A stretch of 64,000 bases of DNA from the NCBI RefSeq assembly GCF_001194135.2, contig NC_068991.1, positions 55,958,871 to 56,022,870 of the forward strand, given 5' to 3'. The notes below the pieces were generated by a model. It saw only the letters and a list, made by a program, of their open reading frames with translations, made no database searches and was not told where the DNA came from. Positions within the stretch are counted from its first letter, which is position 1, and every line of letters starts with the position of its first letter. The DNA is from Octopus bimaculoides. Lineage: Eukaryota. Below, in pieces: positions 11,260-26,100 of this stretch. A program made the position numbers and the translations under genes.

Positions 11260-14200
11260 NNNNNNNNNNNNNNNNNNNNNNNNNNNNNNNNNNNNNNNNN
11301 NNNNNNNNNNNNNNNNNNNNNNNNNNNNNNNNNNNNNNNNNNNNNNNNNNNNNNNNNNNNNNNNNNNNNNNNNNNNNNNNNNNNNNNNNNNNNNNNNNNN
11401 NNNNNNNNNNNNNNNNNNNNNNNNNNNNNNNNNNNNNNNNNNNNNNNNNNNNNNNNNNNNNNNNNNNNNNNNNNNNNNNNNNNNNNNNNNNNNNNNNNNN
11501 NNNNNNNNNNNNNNNNNNNNNNNNNNNNNNNNNNNNNNNNNNNNNNNNNNNNNNNNNNNNNNNNNNNNNNNNNNNNNNNNNNNNNNNNNNNNNNNNNNNN
11601 NNNNNNNNNNNNNNNNNNNNNNNNNNNNNNNNNNNNNNNNNNNNNNNNNNNNNNNNNNNNNNNNNNNNNNNNNNNNNNNNNNNNNNNNNNNNNNNNNNNN
11701 NNNNNNNNNNNNNNNNNNNNNNNNNNNNNNNNNNNNNNNNNNNNNNNNNNNNNNNNNNNNNNNNNNNNNNNNNNNNNNNNNNNNNNNNNNNNNNNNNNNN
11801 NNNNNNNNNNNNNNNNNNNNNNNNNNNNNNNNNNNNNNNNNNNNNNNNNNNNNNNNNNNNNNNNNNNNNNNNNNNNNNNNNNNNNNNNNNNNNNNNNNNN
11901 NNNNNNNNNNNNNNNNNNNNNNNNNNNNNNNNNNNNNNNNNNNNNNNNNNNNNNNNNNNNNNNNNNNNNNNNNNNNNNNNNNNNNNNNNNNNNNNNNNNN
12001 NNNNNNNNNNNNNNNNNNNNNNNNNNNNNNNNNNNNNNNNNNNNNNNNNNNNNNNNNNNNNNNNNNNNNNNNNNNNNNNNNNNNNNNNNNNNNNNNNNNA
12101 TCTCGCTCGAAAATCCTACGGGAGCCAGTCAGGCGGTACTGGCAACGGCCACGCTCAAAATGGTGCATCTCATGTGCCACCCGCACAAGAACCAGTCCAG
12201 GGGCACTGGCAATGATCTTACTTGGCTTGCCGGGTCTTCTCACGCACAGCACATTTCCAAAGGTCTCGGTCAGTAGTCATCGCCTCGGTGAGGCCCAATG
12301 TACGAAGGTCTTGCCTCACCACCTCAGCCCAGGTCTTCCTGGGCCTACCTCTTCCACGGGTTCCCTCAACTGTTAGGGTGTGGCACTTTTTCACGCAGCT
12401 ATCCTCATCCATTCTCACCACCTAACATATTTCAAAGTAAAGTAATATTTCCCCATGACTAGACTTGTTTCATGGAGGACTGGAAACAAGCAACATGGCT
12501 TTTATGTTAGTGACACTTATTTACTATCATGTGACATGAAATAAATAAATAAATAGATAAATTAGTACAGGGTAGGCCATAATGGGATATATTTTAAATG
12601 CTAGTATCTTGGATTATAAAAATGACATAGAATACCAAATATATTCATTACATAACTGTCTTATTATGGCTAAACTTGTGTGTGTGTGTGTGTGTGGATA
12701 CACACACACATAAATATATACACACATGATTTTATATATATACATGATTAGCTTCTTTCAGTTTCCATTTCTGATGAACCTGGGGTTATAGTAGAAGATA
12801 CTTGCCCAAGGTGTAGTGGGACTGAACCCAAAACTACATGGTTGGTTAGGAAATAAGCTTCTTAACCACTCAGCCATTATATAGTGATTTCATTTTATGT
12901 GGGCACATGGATAATTTTTAAAATTAAGTTGCATAGTCAATTTGATTACCAGAATTTCTTTACTCTGGGGTGGGGAAAATGGCCAAAAAATGATCCTTGT
13001 AGGATGGATTTGAATTAGAAATAGCATTATACCAAAGTAATTTAAATATTGATTTCTTAAGCATAGACAGATCCATTGATATTTTTTTGAGAGTAGACAT
13101 AAGATGTTGTGGCATTCATTCTTGTCTAGTAATATTAGTGATGCAAAAGAAGTTAACTTTCAGCCTGAAATTATCTTATTTGGACTTTTTAATGTATGGT
13201 ATCCACCATTAAATATTGACGAGCACCATGTAATTACTTCAGCATAATCATTGCACTGTATGATTGAACTGTGGGGATAAATTGTTTGCAGTTTCCCCAT
13301 TTTCTCTTGGCTGGTTTCTAATACAAGTTGATTCATGTTTCAGTTACTCATTACAGTCTATCACAGTTCATTTAACTTTTCAATTTAAATCTAACAAATA
13401 TTGACAATGAATTATGTATGAAACTGAAGGCCAAGTTTATTTGACATTCCTTTTTAACCCTTTCATTATCTTATTTCTGTTGAAACAAATCACCTTTGTT
13501 TCAATTAATTTTGAAAACAATGAAGAATTTAGTAAAGTAACTTTATCATTATCACACTGGTGTTTGGAACATAAATTACAAGAAGTTTTGATGGAAGGTT
13601 TTAATCTTGATCATTTTCAACAGTCAGTTTGCATGATAGAACTTGGAGCAGTCTTGGGCTGGTTAGTAGCAAAAGGGTTAATCAAAATAAGTTAAATTGT
13701 TTGTATTAAATTTTAAGTCTGTAATATAAAATATTTACACCAAGCTGGTTTTGAACCAGGAAACCTATGATGAAAGGTATTCCAACCGAATTTCTTTCGG
13801 GCATGATTTCTCTAAGATTAGATTATAAAAGATTTCCATTTTTGAAGTCAGTAGGTTATGACTTAAGGGATATTTTACTGCTGTTTCTAGTGGGTCAGGT
13901 GGCCACAAATAAGCTTTTTAGTGGCTTAAAGTATAAGATGTTTATAATTTTGGCATTTGAGTTCTGTTGCATGAGATGTTTTGCAAATGATGTTACTTTT
14001 TGTTGTGTACTTAATCATAAATTTTGTTTTTATCAAGTAATATTTGAATAACATTTATTTATTTTTATTTTTTGGTGTGGGGTGAGTTTTATATTTTGCA
14101 TTGTATGTTTCGCTGATATTTTTTACTGCTGGGATGAATCTCTTCCTTTTGCCATCCATTGAATGCCAAAGTGAGTGCATCTATCTTGTTACCAGCTCCA

Positions 14201-17200
14201 GAAAAGTCAACTCAGCTTCTTGCACTAAAATCTCACTCAAATTCCAATTGATATTATTTTAAAGGTTGCCATCAATGAAGAATGAGAATGAACACACATT
14301 GTTCATTATTAGGAGATGAGACATTAGAAGAAGCAAAATGTAAGAATGATGAATCAAAGACAATTAGACAGGAGAATAAAAGTCAGTAGGTGCTACTCTA
14401 GGATTTCAAAATACTTTGAAACAAGAGGAAAAAAATATAAAATATGCAGGAGTCAATTTAATGCAGCATTCATGTTATGCCATCTGATACAAAGATTTTA
14501 TCATGTATTGGGATTTGTGCAGTAGATTTACTATTGAGGATTGAGAGAAACAAATTTTGATATCACAACAAATTTTAATATCTCTGCTCCTATGATTTTT
14601 ACAGCTTGCAAATTTATCCTTTTATCATTGAATGAACTTACTATTAAGGAGATAGTTTATAACTTGATAAGGGTTAATTATTTTTTCCCAGAAATTTGAT
14701 AGAAAGTCTTTAAAGGTCTCTTTCCCCACCCCTCTTATTTGTTTCAGTAATTAGACTGTGGCCTTGCTGGGCACCACCTTTAAGTGTTTAGTTGAACATA
14801 TCACTCCCAGTACTTACTTTTTAAGTCTGATACTTATTCTGTTGGTCTCTTTTGTCAAACTGCCAAGTTACATCAGTTGTCAAGTAGTGGTGGAGGACAA
14901 ACAAATACACACACACACACACATGACAGGTTTCCTCATTGTTTCTGTCTACTAAATTCATTATAAGGCTTTGGTTAGTCCGGGGCTATAGTAGGAGATA
15001 CTTGTCCAAGTGGGACTGAACCTGAAGCCATGTGGTTGCAAAGCAAACTTTTTCAGGACTTTAAATTCTACCAGAGTTGACCTTACCTGCCTTTCAATAA
15101 TGAAATAGGTAGTGCACATAAATTGGGCAGCAATACAGTTAACCCGAACCACTCTCTTCAATTTTTTGTTCTTTTACTAATGAAAGAAATCATGATATAA
15201 TTAGCATTACAACCAAATATAATGTAATTCCCATAACACCCAAATATTCATGTGTCTTAATATTTTATCCTAATATTTTCAGATTGATTCTAAGTAATTT
15301 TTCATAAATCTTTTCCAGTTGCCTCTTCTACAGCACTTTTACTTCTAACTCACTCCAACTTTTTATGCAGTATCTATCACAGTGCTCTGCAATGGATATG
15401 CTGCAAGACAGTGATGTGTCAACGAGATGATGCTTGGTGTGTTGCATTGAAACCTGAATATAATTATTTTCCCTATAGTTTTTTCCCCTATAGTTTTAGT
15501 TCAGGTGTGCCACTGAATTTTGAAAAGAATATAAGTGTACTGCATGTGAAAAAATGGTTGCAGAGCACTGAGCTACCATACATCACATTATCACTGTCAT
15601 CATTTAATGTCCACTTCTCATGCTTGCATAGGTTAGGCAGAATTCATTGAAGCAGATTTTCTACAGCTAGATGCCTTTCCTGTCATTAACCCTTACAAGT
15701 AAGATAATGTATTTTTTCATGACCAGATGTCTTCACAAAAGATTGGAAACAAAGGATACAACTTGCATGGTGGTAACATTTGTTTACAACTATTACGCAA
15801 TGTCAAAACAAAAACAGCATCACATTCATACACACAAAATGCGCTTTTAATTTCTGTTTAACCAAATCAACTCAAGGCTTTCATTGGCCAGGGGCAAAGT
15901 GGAAGACACTTGCCCAAAGTGTCACACACTGGCACATCTCTAGTCTAAATTAACAATCTCTCCTATATATTCTGGTGATATGTTTGATACCAAATACTTT
16001 CTCAGTTCACTTGTAAGTTAGTATTGCATACCAGCTGGGTTATACTTAACTTGTTACTCTGTAGCTCTTGTTGATCTTATCCATTTACTAACCAGATTTC
16101 TATGCTATTATAGCATTGCTCCCATTTCATTTTGTTTTATTTTTTTTTTATAGCATGTCTCAAAATTTGTAAACTACTGAATTTGACAGAAATTTAGAAC
16201 TAAATGTCAGGTTTATGAGTTATAAAACCTTTATATGATGGACATGTTTATTAGATAATAACTTGTACATATTTAATTGAAACTAATATTATCATAATTA
16301 TGAGATTTTTTAGATAAAGTCTCGTGCCATTTGAAAATATTTTCTCTTTTTCGTAAATATCATCTGTAGCATAGTCCTTAATAATTATTAATTTCTGGTA
16401 TTTGTATAAAATTTAAAGAGCATATCCAGTCCGGTTTGTAACCAAAATAATTTTTTCTCTCTCTTTCTCTCTTGTACTTACAGTGAAAGGAAGTAATTAG
16501 TTATTATTCTCTTTCTCTCTCTCTCTCTCTCCTATTTATTAATTTCCATACTACTTTCTTTTGGAGTGGGATGGAATTCTTTGTGTAGTTATAATATCCA
16601 GCTATTGTCTTAATTTTCGTTTTTTAAATATCTCCAGAAATATAAGAAATAGTTTAATCAGCTGTTTTTATATTTGGTAAAAAAAAAAAAAAGTGCTCAA
16701 ATAACAATAATAACAGAAAAGACAATATATTCTTCATTAACAACAAATATTGTCTATCAAAAGAATCTAAGATTCTTTCCACTCCAAATAATTTCAACCA
16801 AATATTTTCTATAGTGACATAACTTTATTCTTTAACATCGTTTTACCATATATAACAGTAATCTCTTCTTAAATTATGCTTTAATGGTTTTTGTTTTCTA
16901 ACCAGTTGGTATCAGTCAACGAACCTATGTTGATAGTCTTTTATTATTTTCACCATGTAAATTGTGAATTTGCAAGGAAAAGCTGTTCAACTTTGTTGAC
17001 AGTTTGTCTTTGGTTCAGAAGTCTTTACACTGTGGAAGTAACTTTTTATGTCACTTCTCTTGTCTGTCTTCCTCTCTTGTAATGTTATGCTTTGAGGGAT
17101 TGGACAGCGCTATATCATCAGATAAATAATTCCCTCTGTTATCTTCTCCATCTCAAAGTAGTCTAGATTTTAAGCAATGGGAACATAGTTTTCCATATCA

Positions 17201-18765
17201 AATTACTTCTGTACAAAGAACAAGGAAAAATAATTATTGTTCAAGTGGAGTGTCATAGTACACTCAGCTAATGCTTTTTTGATTTTAGGTTAGTTTTTGA
17301 AATTAGAAATTTTTCATGCATTAAGGTTGTTAATTTTTTAAACATTAACTCAACATTGAATATTGATAAAACAAAAGTTATGAAAATGTCTTAGGAAGAA
17401 GAACAACTGGTGCCACAGATTAGGACATTTGATTTGATAGGTACAGTAATTAAATATTATTGATAAAGATTTCCTTGAAGTTTTAATATATGAAACTTAT
17501 ACTTTTGCTAAGGTAAAGAAAAGGTGTTTCAAGCAATAGTTTGGTGTTACTTGGTATATTTTTCTAAAATATACCAAATTTGTTGTAAAAACGTACCCTC
17601 AATGTGTATGGAGAGGCCATATAGATATTTATTTTTATGATTGATTGAAACTAAGAGTCAGAACAATTATAAAGTTCACCAAATCATCTCTTTGGTGCAG
17701 AAACTTAATTTTACTTGATGTGATTTTCTCTATAATGTTTTTTTTATAATTTTTTTTTTTTTACCAGATGAAAATGTTTAGAAATTGTTCTCTTTTCTTA
17801 TTTCATCTATCATGTATTTGATCACTATGTCTCCTTTTGGTGATAATTATCCCACAAATGTTTCTAGTATTGACTCATCTACAGCTACTCTTTGTCCATC
17901 TGTCTCTCTCTCTCTCTCACACATGCACAGACACAATATCCATGGTAACACATTTTGCAGTTGCAAAATGTCCTTAAATTCATGATTAAAGAAAATGTCT
18001 CTTAACTGATCTTAATTGCTCTACACAATACTTATTTGGTGAGTCATGTTCAAAATATTTTGAGTTGAAAGTCTATCTCAGGCTGAAATAACAATGAAAA
18101 TGAACAAGATATTTTTCTGTGAGTTGAATAGTATATACATGTTAGTGTTTGTTTCTATAAATGAATAAGTGAATAAATGAAATATATGTAAGAAATCAAT
18201 ATTTACTCAGTGCTAGCTGCTGAAAATCAGTGATGGACAGTAGAAGGTCTATGAATATGACTTCTCATTATTTTATATCCAAGGATTAAACCTGACTCAC
18301 CTCTTAGTTTCTTCCCTTTTTTTTTTTTTTTTGATAACAGTTTTGAAGTTATCAAGTAAGTTACCTTATGTGATGGCATAAAAGATGCATTATTGGATAC
18401 ACTCTACAATACATACATGTATGCACATATATGCACATGCTTGAAGACGTTAGCAGTACAATATTTAAAGAGCAACTACATTCCTACCATTCACACACAT
18501 ACATACTCATTTGCATAAATATTAATCCACATGATAAGTTATATGCAAACATAATTTTATTAAGCACACATGAATGCAAATAGCCTTTTTTTTTTTTAGC
18601 TCTATGCTTTTGACAAAATCACAGTAAAAATGATTTTATGTATGATCAAATTGTATTTTCTATGGAAACTGCATATTCAAACATATTCACTCTATTTTTA
18701 GGTTATACAGATCTAATTTTATAAAGCTTGTTCTTTCTTTGAAATATTGCTTCATGTATTACCTG

Positions 18766-18811
<46 letters not shown>

Positions 18812-20535
18812 TTGAGTTGGCAGAATTGTTAGCACACTGGATATAAGGCTACATTTTGTCTGGCTTTATCTCCCGAGTTCAGATTCTGTCAAGATCTACT
18901 TTGCCTTTCGTCTTTTCAAGGTTGATGAAATATGTTTCAGTTTAGCACTGTGGTCAATGTAATCGACTAGCCCCCTCCCCCAAAATTTCAGGCCTATATT
19001 TGAAAGGATTATTATTATTATTATTTTGCAGATAAAATTAAGGATTGGTTTAGAATGTTGATAAAACAAAGGAAGTTCTATCGAGTAAATGTATGCTCCC
19101 AAGCAAGTTGTGATGGCCATAAACACTACAAAATTGTCATCACCACTAAGGGCCATGTGCCTGTATAAAAAATGAATTTAAAATAAAACAAGAAAGCTTA
19201 ATGATATTTGGAGATTTCTGTCATATATGTCTGACAAAAGATGGACTGTCTTTGATGTCTGTAGACACCCTAAAATAAGTATCAGACAACTACTGGGTTA
19301 TTAGTAAGTTAAGTTGACTGTATACTTATGGCCTTGTGCTTGAAATCAAGGACAAATATATTTGATGCAGAAGAGTTTTTCTCTTCAAATAATGTTTGTG
19401 TTCAGAAGTAATTTTAGATCTTTCTTTTGCAGTAGACTGAAAATTACTTTCTTTTTTATTCTTTTATCCACCTTTCCATTCCAAAAGGTTATCCTCATCA
19501 GAAAAAAATAAAATAAAAGAATCAGAAACCAAAAGAAGCATGAAAAAATGTTATGATTAGCATTGGGTTGTATTTTTGGTACGACACCTTTATTTCCATT
19601 AGTTTTGTGTTGAGATAAAGAAATAGTACTGAACTGTAAAACATATGTCAGTTATCAGCAATTCAAATGAATATATGCATCTCTGCTGATGCAATAAAGC
19701 TCAGCCCATGCTACTATGGAAGAACGGTTATAAAATCAGTGAGTGAGAGAGAAAGAGTTCATGTTTTTAATTGGTAATGCTGTCTTAATTGCACATATTA
19801 ATTCTATGTTGAACCTGCTTGTATGAAAGTTTGTTGTGATATTTTTGTATTCCATAAAGGCTGTGAACTAGATTGACATATGCTTAGTAAAAAGTTGTTA
19901 TATCTATACCCACATGTATTTTCACATACATGAACATATATAAATGTAAATGCACTTATGCTCACAGACCAGACATTTTGTTCCTTTAGGTTCTAAAGTT
20001 ATTCTTTTTTGTTTTTTTAAAAAAGATAGGATGAGAAATTACTACAATCGCATAAATTATAACATTATAGAAAAAAATCATAGTTTACATTAGCCATATT
20101 TCTTTCATTTTCATACTAAACTACTTTGTTTATTGACAACTTTATTACTCATTTTCTGTCATGTTTCACTCTGTATGAATTACCATTATCATCATCACCA
20201 CCATCACCAATTCTGTGTCATGCCTGTTAGATGCATCATCTTCTGGTCAGCCTTCATTAATTCATCTCATGTCTTCAAGTTCCATCCTCTTTGAGTACAT
20301 AGCTCTTTCTCCATATGCTCCATATAGTACTGTTTTCTCTCTTACATACTACAATTGTTTCCTCTTGTACCCCAGTTTTTTTTTCTTTCAACTCATTCGT
20401 ATTTCATTGTCCATGCCTACTAATATCACACATCCAGCAAAGCATGCTTCCTATATTTTTTCTAGCATTTACAAATCTTCTGCATTAAAATCTCAATATT
20501 ATACAGTATCACTGTTCAAATGTAAACATCACTTG

Positions 20536-20566
<31 letters not shown>

Positions 20567-23110
20567 TGTGCATCTCCCCCCCCCCACTCACACACACATC
20601 CATAGGCGTGGCTGTGTGTTCAGAAGTTTGCTTCCCAACTACATGGTTTCAGGCTCAGTCTCACTGCATGGCACCTTGGGCAAATGTCCTCTACTATAGC
20701 CATGGGCCAACCAAAGCCTTACAAGTAAATTTGGTAGATGGAAACTGGAAGAAGACCATTTGAATAAGTACTAGGGTTACAAAGAATAAGTCCTGGGGTC
20801 AATTTCTTTGACTAATGCTCTTTCAGTCGGTGCTCCAGCATGACTGCAGTCAAGTAAAAGAATAAAAGAATATACATTAGGCAGGATTCTTTTTATTAAT
20901 TTATTAGCTTTGCTGTCAGTTTATTGAATATGTGTGTCTTCTTTTTGAGATATTTCTATAAATTTTCAACATATTACAAAGATTTTATCCAATTCATTAT
21001 CATTAACTGCAGAGATATTTTCTAATATTATCGTTATTATGCCAATGAAGAGGTAGCCTAAAAGCATTGAAATAGGTTAAGTATTTTGTTTGTTTCTTCT
21101 TTGATTGTATAATGGCTACTGACTATATAATTAGCTCAACATGGTTCATATTTTTAAATAAATAATTTTGACACATTCGTCTTTGTGAATGACTGCTTTA
21201 GAGTTATGAGTTTCAAATCATAAATTACCAGCACAATCAGTTTGTTGCTATTAAATTTTGAATATCAGATTGGTAATTATCACAATGATTTAAAGAGATG
21301 ATTGACACTGCTTTAAATCTGTATTGATCTGCAGGCTTATATATGTGTTAAAAGAGGGAATGATAGTTAAAAGTAGCTCTTTTTATTCTATGATTTTATA
21401 AAATCATTTTAAAATGAAGTAAAAGGAAAATTAATAAAAGATGTACATCTTTTGCACATAAGTAGTATATGTTTTTCTTTCATGATACTGTATATTAGTG
21501 TTGGCAGAATAGATTTGGAAGATAAAACTGAAAAAAAGGAGCTGTAATAGGTGTTAATGATGATAAAAGATAAGATAATATGATGTAGTGCAGATAGTTA
21601 TGTTGTTAGTTATGAATTATATATTTCCTTTTCTTTCCATCCATGAACTCAGGAAACCATACATGCTCCAGGCTTTAAAGATATTCTTCCATAGAGTTAT
21701 TATTTTATCAATAACTATAAACTCAACAAGTTAAATTTTCTATGATAGCACCGTAAATTACATATTTGACTAATTTGATTCTATTCTACCACTGAACCAT
21801 GAAGCTGGCTGTTGGAGTCATCATTGTTCACTTCAGTACACATTTATTCAGTTTTCTGAATTTCACAAGTAGGAACTGTAAAATTCATCTGATGCTAAAT
21901 AAACAATTTGAGTGACTGAGATACAAACTTCTTTGTTGACTTTGTCAGTGTTACTGCTGCTGCTGTAGTAATTTCTAGTCATCACTACTTAAAAAGACTT
22001 GATTAATGTAGATAACCTAACAATTGACGTCTACTTTAACCATATTTTCTCCTCTCATATAAAGTTTGTGTGAGATTCAGAGCATGCTTTATTCAGTTTA
22101 GTGTGAACCTGTTTTTGTACATTTATTTGTGGATTGCAATGCAAGTGGAACACTATTAAAATTTAAAAACCTTCTCCTTTCCATTTATTAGAGAAAAGTT
22201 GATTAAAAGTAGGAAAAATACATATGAATACTTAAGCCTTAATGTTTCAGTGGTCTGTGGATATTGATGTATGATCAACCTTCATCACTATACTTTTGTT
22301 AAGTTTCTCTTCAGAAGTGATTTATAATAAAATCCACATATTCTGATCTATTGTTTATAGATTAGTCTTATTGCAAATTGGAGAAGCAGAGGAAATATGA
22401 TTCAAACAAACACTGGGATGATAGTATCCACAAATCTATAGATGTGGCAATGAGAGTTGAATAATTTGACAGTATCTGTTAGTTAACTTTAAACACTTTT
22501 GTTAACCATATTTCTGTGTTTCTGTTGAAATAAATAGCTTTTGTTTCAAATATCTTTTTAAATAATGAAGAATTTACTAAAATAGCTTAAATATTGATAT
22601 AAATTAATATGGTATTTTATGAGAAGATTGTAATTTAGATCAGTTTAAAACTGGAACTGTTATCATAGAACCAGGAGTGATGTCTGGCATGTTGGTTACA
22701 AGAGTTCACTGTCATTCTGCTTGCCGTCTATTTATTAACATTATCTTTTCTAGATATGTTGTATGTCTGTGTGTGTACCAGTGGCAGCACCAGCATCATC
22801 CTAGATGTGAGAGCAATACTTCATTGTTGGCTTCACTTGAAGGTGGGGTCTGAATTATCCTCTGGTCCTGAAGAGAAGAAACAATCCTTGTTTGTCAGTC
22901 TCATTTTCCATCTTTCTGTGTGTTCTGATTAGCAGAACTCATTATAGTTGTGATACAAAAGACAAAGAGGAGAATACACACCTGTTGGCCAAGGGCTGGA
23001 TCTTGCCTGTGAGTGATTTTATACCAATAAGTTGGGTGGCCCCTTTTTGGATGCAGTCTTGAATGCTTATGTGTGCAGCAGCAATATTATCTCAGATGTG
23101 AGAGCAGCAC

Positions 23111-23152
<42 letters not shown>

Positions 23153-26100
23153 CACTTGATTTTGGTTTCAGTCGCACTGTATAGAAGCTTGAGCAAGTGT
23201 CTTTTGCTATTGCCCCATGCTAATCAAAACCATGAGAGTGGATTTAGTGCGTGTGTGTATTTACATATATTTAGCTAATATATTAGCTGTGTATATTTAT
23301 CTATTTGCCTGTCTCTAAACCTGCACCCTCTCATCTCTATAAACTAGTATTTTTAAGGGTTTTTTTTTCTCTAAATTATTCTTTTAGAAAGATTTTGTAT
23401 TTTCTCCAGTTTAAATATCTAGCAATGAGTAGTGGAAGATCAGAATTGGCAGCTGTAATCCAGTTTAATGCTTAAAAACTTAACATAATTCTAACCATAA
23501 TATTAGATTTCTTCTCAAGGAAGTCATCAAAATCTGATCTGAAATTCATTTTCCTCCTTTTGTTTTTTTTGTCATAAATATCCAGTTACTGACATGACAT
23601 ATAAAAATGCCTCATTGGACTTCCATATTCCTAAATTTCGAATTACTTAGGACTCCTACATTTGTACAGTCTTTGAAGGGATTTAGGAGTCTCCCCTGAG
23701 AATTTCTTAGCCATAGCAAAGAATATGAAATTTTTGTTATATTTCTGCTTGTTGAGTGACAGATATTCAAGATTCACTGAAGCGTAGCACTGCCATTAGA
23801 TGTTTTCATCTTCTCTGCTTCATTAAAAAGATGACAAAATGAAACATGTTAGGATATTGTGTCAGATATGACTTAAAACATAAAAATGTATTTTAGTTAC
23901 TGGCTAAAGATTATGTAAAGTTAATTTAATCAATATTTTCCCCATGATCTATATTAAAATATTATCTAAACTTTAATTAAATATTAGCAAATAAATTAAG
24001 TACTCAGTTGTTAATTGTGATTGGATCTGCTTCTTTTAATCTTAAGGATCAGCTGGTCTAATAGGCACTGTAGACAATTTCTGTATCTAAGAGCTCTTCT
24101 GCTTGAAAACTATAACTGACATAATAATAGATTTGAATTAATCGCAGCTTAGCTTTAAAGCTAAGAGATTAAAATGGCTCCTGCAGCTAGCCAGTAGTAA
24201 TGTATTGATTAGACCCCCACGTGTCTGCTGACATGTGAAACATTCAACACATGTGATGTCTGTAGGTGGTGTGTGTAATTATTTTGTTATTACTTTTTTA
24301 TCCTCATACCTTTAGTATGAAATTGATTTCCACTTCATTGGCCGTGATATCACATTGTAATAATTATGGCTGGCAGATGGAATTAAGCTGTTTCTTTTGT
24401 CTATCATCATATTGTATTAGCTTCCCTCTAGTTTATAGGGATTCACTTGCTTGCACAACAGTAATTACTGTGCCAAACTCAATACACCAGGTAGAAAGAA
24501 TGTTGGTTAGAATCTCTAGCTATCAATACTCAGAGTTTTGGGGTGTATGAAATATGTAAAACTAGTTGTATAATTCCTGTAGCTATATATGTGTTTGAGT
24601 GACGTGTGGCTAAAGTGTTGATATTGCTTTAATACCTAGTGATATTTAATCTTATCCCTTTATGTTCTGAACTCAATCTTCCAAAGTTCATCTTTGCTTT
24701 TCATCCTTCCAAGTATTAAGATGAATGTGATCATGTTATTTTCCATCAAAATTTTTGCTTTCATGCCTATTTAAGAAAGAAATCAATATTTTTATTTTCT
24801 GATTTCAATCTTTCACAGTGTTTAGTCATGTCATTTTGCATTTTGAGTTCAACTTTAACTGGGTTTAACTTTTCCATCTTCTCAAACTGTGTGAAAGTGA
24901 GACATTGTTGTCATTGTTGTAGAGATTTGGAGAGAATGTCAGAATGTAGGCTGAATACTTAACATTACTCAGTTTTGTTCCTGTAATGTGTGGATTCTTT
25001 CCTTACACAATCATCTTTCTTGTCAGTTTTATGATTATCATTATTATTCCTTGCACACTGATTGAAAATCCCACCATGGTCGATTTTTGTCTTTCATCTT
25101 TCTAGGATCAATAGAATCAAGTATTGAGGTCAATATAAGTGACTATACATTTTCTTGAAATATGAAGTCTTGTTCCTATGGTTGGAAATCAATATTATTA
25201 TTAGTATGTACTTGCACAGCTGTTCTGTTACTGATTTTTGGAAGTTTTGTTTGCTAAGTATCTTGTGTCTACCGATATATACAGCACATATCTTAGTAAG
25301 GTTTTAGCAATACTGACAATATATGGATGTACTTTCTGTTGTTATCAAGAATTGTTAGAACATCAGAAAAACTACTTTGCAGTATTTATTCTGGCTCTTT
25401 GCATTCTGAGTTCAAATTCTGCCATGGTTAACTTTGCCTTTCAATCCTCTGAGGTCGATAAAGTACCACTTAAGTACTGAGTTGCTGTAAATCAACCCTC
25501 CTCTCAAAATTGCTGACCTCGTGCCCAAATTAAAAACAATTAGTAATAGCAAACTTCAGTCTCCTTTTGGTAAGGCATATACATCACAGCGTCTTGTTTA
25601 CTCCAACTCTTCCTCCTCCTCATCATCATTTAATGTTTGTTTTCCATGCTGGAAATTTAAGGTTTTTACCTAGTCTTCCCTAAGTATTTTTGAAATAGAA
25701 TATATGTTGTAACTGACTAAAAGGAAAAAAAAATGCAGATATTAACTGAATGCTGTTAATTTCTGCTCCAGTCTAAAGCCTAAAATTCACCTCAGTAATA
25801 AGTTCATTATGGAGTGTAGGGAATAATTTTTCTTCCATAAATACACTATATACTAATAATGGGTTGGGGGAATGACTTTGTGGATAATTTATTAGCTCCT
25901 GTATCTTTTAGACATTTGAATGCATTTCAATTCATATATGTAAAGATGCACAATATCTTTTAAGAGTGTTTCTTGCAATTTTGTGTTTTATCCTGAAGAA
26001 TTTGTGTATCTTCCATTCCTTACTATATCCAAAATCTGAAACCCTAACTTTGAATTTATTGAGCACCACTATTTAATAATGAATTGATTAAAACATTTTA

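Noticed and set aside
11170-12376. Long ORFs in the track spanning 11.2-12.4 kb
   Set aside because: Artefacts of translating through the N gap, flanked by (TA)n and RTE sequence.
9022-13270. Acceptor-like sites near 9022 and 13175 as extra exons
   Set aside because: Their phase-1 frames hit stops, so they do not fit the exon 1 to exon 2 chain; donors are ambiguous.
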